Origin: Candidatus Micrarchaeota archaeon
GTDB lineage: Archaea; Micrarchaeota; Micrarchaeia; Norongarragalinales; UBA8480
Length of the DNA: 64,000 nucleotides
Direction: 5' to 3'
NCBI GenBank assembly: GCA_021812145.1
Contig: JAKAOM010000003.1
Span: 11,737-75,736 of the forward strand
Shown: positions 62,186 to 64,000 of the stretch, piece after piece
How the letters are laid out: each line of letters starts with the position of its first letter
Position numbering within the stretch: the stretch's first letter is position 1
Made by a program: the position numbers and the translations under genes
Notes under the pieces: model-generated
Seen by the model: the letters and a program-made list of their open reading frames with translations, nothing else
The model's database searches: none
Told to the model about the DNA's origin: nothing

Positions 62186-63376
62186 TTATTGGTTTAGGGG
62201 TATTCCTAGCTCGTTGATTTCGTGGATTAGGACTACTATGTTGTGGCATAGGGCTTTTAGTAGGGCTTCGTTTTTTTGAGCGGTTTCGTCTTTGCTTCTT
62301 ATTAGATCTGTGAATTTGCTTTTGATCATGCTGAATGTGGCTTCCACATTGCTTCTTAAGTGGTAGTGTTTCAGGAATTCTTCTCTGTTGAAAGTGAAGT
62401 AGTTGAACATTTTTCTCCATATGAAGCCTCTTCCAGTAGTTTTTATTGACACGTTGGTTTTGAACGGTATGTATGCTGTGCCTCCTATACTATCAATGAA
62501 AGAGTAATTGTCTGAGGCGTGGTAGCCTTTGTCTGCTGATACTTCCTGTATGTTGAATCCGTTGTTCAGGGTTTTTTGTGTTAAAGGTATGAAATAAGGG
62601 TTATCTGGGCTCGCTCCTCTTCCAACGTCCACAGCGGTTATTATGTTGGTTTTGACTCCCACGCACACATGCATTTTAACCCACTCATGTTCTTGGTCGG
62701 TTTCATGCTTTTCCTTGCAGTACTCGCTAAAACGGGTTGTTCTGAAACCGCTTGAGTCTATGGCGAAGCTGGTTTCCACGCTTTTTAAAGGCAGGGATGA
62801 AAGGGTTATTAGCTGTTGTATTACAGGGGTTAGGCTTTCTTTTCTCATGTACTTGCTTACGGCGCTGAAACTCCATGCTTTTTTCACGTAATTCTTATCT
62901 TTTGCATCCCTTAGATCGCTCATGAACCTTCTTAACGAGAACATTGTGTACACTTTGAGTGTTGAGGCGAAAACCGCGTCTCTTGTTGAAACTTTAGGCC
63001 TGCCTAATGCTTGCTCTGGCTCTTCTATACTATTGCATAAGTCTGAAAGCAGTTTAAGGAAAACCTCTTTTTCCTGCGTTTGGCTTTGGTTGTAGGCGCT
63101 CCAGTTTTGCGGGTATGTAGGTCTTTTGAATTCAAAAACTTCGTTTTTCCCATAGGCTTTGAGTATTATCGTTCTAACAGCGTGAATGTGCTTGCATATA
63201 TTGCCGTTTGTTTCAAAGTCCTGGCACGTGCAGGTGAACCTGTCGTCTTTCTGCCTTACTATGTAGTTTCTGCCTGGATTGCTTTTGCTTGGAACGTTCC
63301 ACTCTCCATCATGCCTTCTCTGTATGTGAGCATGCCTTGCAAGCCACCTTCCTCTTTCCTCTCTCCTATCCACCAA
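62186..63376 (-). CDS. DDE transposase (IS4/IS5-like) with N-terminal SWIM zinc finger
   Basis: CTCQDFETNGNICKHIHAV (SWIM CxCxnCxH), AIDSSGF, VSADKGYHASDNYSFI, VEATFSMIKSKF. Its codon bias is opposite to neighbouring minus-strand genes. Confidence 0.8.
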   Translation of the reverse strand: MVDRREERGRWLARHAHIQRRHDGEWNVPSKSNPGRNYIVRQKDDRFTCTCQDFETNGNICKHIHAVRTIILKAYGKNEVFEFKRPTYPQNWSAYNQSQTQEKEVFLKLLSDLCNSIEEPEQALGRPKVSTRDAVFASTLKVYTMFSLRRFMSDLRDAKDKNYVKKAWSFSAVSKYMRKESLTPVIQQLITLSSLPLKSVETSFAIDSSGFRTTRFSEYCKEKHETDQEHEWVKMHVCVGVKTNIITAVDVGRGASPDNPYFIPLTQKTLNNGFNIQEVSADKGYHASDNYSFIDSIGGTAYIPFKTNVSIKTTGRGFIWRKMFNYFTFNREEFLKHYHLRSNVEATFSMIKSKFTDLIRSKDETAQKNEALLKALCHNIVVLIHEINELGIPLNQ

Positions 63377-63412
63377 AAATCATCTTTTCTTAAACACCTC
63401 AGCCCATTTGTG

Positions 63413-63500
63413 TTCTACTTAGAATAAGGAAGGTCAAATATATAAGTCTTTCTACTTAGAATAAATTAGGAGAAGATTTAAATATCTTTCTACTTAGAAT
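63413..63500 (+). repeat. Three copies of the palindromic 13-mer TTCTACTTAGAAT at 37/38-bp spacing
   Basis: Copies at 63413, 63450 and 63488; each contains TTCTA-CT-TAGAA. They lie between the transposase start and the small + strand ORF. Confidence 0.85.
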
Positions 63501-63508
63501 TTAAAGCT

Positions 63509-63676
63509 ATGAAAACAATAGGAGTTTTCAAGGTAAAAGTTCACCCCTCGACAGACAAGAAAAAGCTAAGCGATGGAAACGTCAAAAACTACGAGTATGG
63601 CAGCGTTAGCTTAAGAAACCCTATACTGACAGAATACATAGGAAAAGAAGTAGTGGTAAAAGTACTAAAAACATAA
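63509..63676 (+). CDS. Unlisted 55-aa DUF2080-like (putative transposon-encoded) protein
   Basis: MKTIGVFKVKVHPSTDKKKLSDGNVKNYEYGSVSLRNPILTEYIGKEVVVKVLKT. The ending ..EYIGKEVVVKVL recalls archaeal DUF2080 proteins. Confidence 0.4.
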   Translation: MKTIGVFKVKVHPSTDKKKLSDGNVKNYEYGSVSLRNPILTEYIGKEVVVKVLKT

Positions 63677-63732
63677 AAATAAATTAGACAAACAGAAAAT
63701 CTTAATAACTAATCACCTTTCAATAAATAGCA

Positions 63733-64000
63733 ATGGAATCCTCTAGAAAGGAACATCATAATAAACTGGTTGAATCTAAAAAAATTGGCCCGCTTAAAAT
63801 TATTCAATGGATATTAACTATTCTTGCCCTTCTAATTTTTATTAGTTTACTAACAACTTCCGTTTTATCAGCATTTTTCTTCCTTTTAATCGCCATAGTA
63901 ATATATCCTGACTTTAACAAGTTATTAACCAAATATTTCAATATAAAACTTTCAAGGCCTTTACGAATCGCTCTGATTATAATTTTGTTTTTTGCTTCTT
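63733..64000 (+). CDS. Membrane protein, 5' part (runs off the window)
   Basis: The ATG at 63733 opens a frame that stays open to the window end. TM helices: IIQWILTILALLIFISLL and AFFFLLIAIVIY. Confidence 0.4.
   Translation, partial: MESSRKEHHNKLVESKKIGPLKIIQWILTILALLIFISLLTTSVLSAFFFLLIAIVIYPDFNKLLTKYFNIKLSRPLRIALIIILFFAS

Noticed and set aside
62088-62420. 110-aa minus-strand ORF overlapping the 3' end of the transposase gene.
   Set aside because: It is an alternative frame of the transposase region that extends into the repeat zone. It is a basic low-complexity product with no support.
1-64000. Possibility that the contig is bacterial (e.g. CPR), given the GGDEF, SLT, HPF-like, SdpI and YbjQ genes.
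   Set aside because: The contig has PolD DP1/DP2, an eS26-like protein, aMBF1, class III signal peptides, intron-containing tRNA and TATA-box spacing throughout. Bacterial-type genes are interleaved with these archaeal genes on the same strands. This argues for an archaeal genome with horizontally acquired genes. A chimeric assembly cannot be excluded without read data.

Overview
AT-rich, gene-dense fragment of an archaeal chromosome. The archaeal call rests on PolD DP1+DP2, two FtsZ paralogs, eS26-like and aMBF1-like genes, class III (prepilin-type) signal peptides, TATA-like boxes about 25 nt upstream of start codons, and a tRNA with bulge-helix-type introns. Small proteins, many N-x-S/T-rich secreted proteins and the sparse metabolism suggest a DPANN-like uncultivated lineage; that is inference. 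From 0 to 32 kb the genes are mostly core and lie on the minus strand: ftsZ x2, polD, two tRNAs, ribosomal protein, phosphoesterases. Signalling enzymes unusual for archaea are mixed in (GGDEF cyclase, membrane class III cyclase), along with an SLT-type lytic transglycosylase among secreted proteins, a solo TnpB, an HPF-like gene and pilin-like genes. From 32 to 64 kb the genes are mostly on the plus strand and look increasingly accessory. This half holds a 1046-aa pilin-signal beta-helix adhesin, a UbiB kinase and orphan operons (PRTase-like x2 + MazG-like). It also holds IS scars, an AAA ATPase flanked by 42-bp direct repeats, an iteron-like TGCGGGAT x5 cluster and an AbiE-like pair. At 57-63.7 kb there is a hotspot where the 3' end of an arsR-family gene and its ~190-bp downstream region recur three times between small cassettes (HicAB, AbrB-PIN, RelE-like, CYTH, orphan paralogs), ending in an IS5-like/SWIM transposase. 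Two window-scale signals stand out. First, a 20-nt motif (AACGCCGGCAGTGnGGGGT) sits 25-26 bp upstream of a TATA box at cassette boundaries in 4 of its 6 copies. Second, strand-specific synonymous-codon bias flips abruptly at ~32.25 kb, independent of gene orientation. No CRISPR array, rRNA or recognisable cas gene was seen. All homology calls come from reading motifs by eye, not from database searches.
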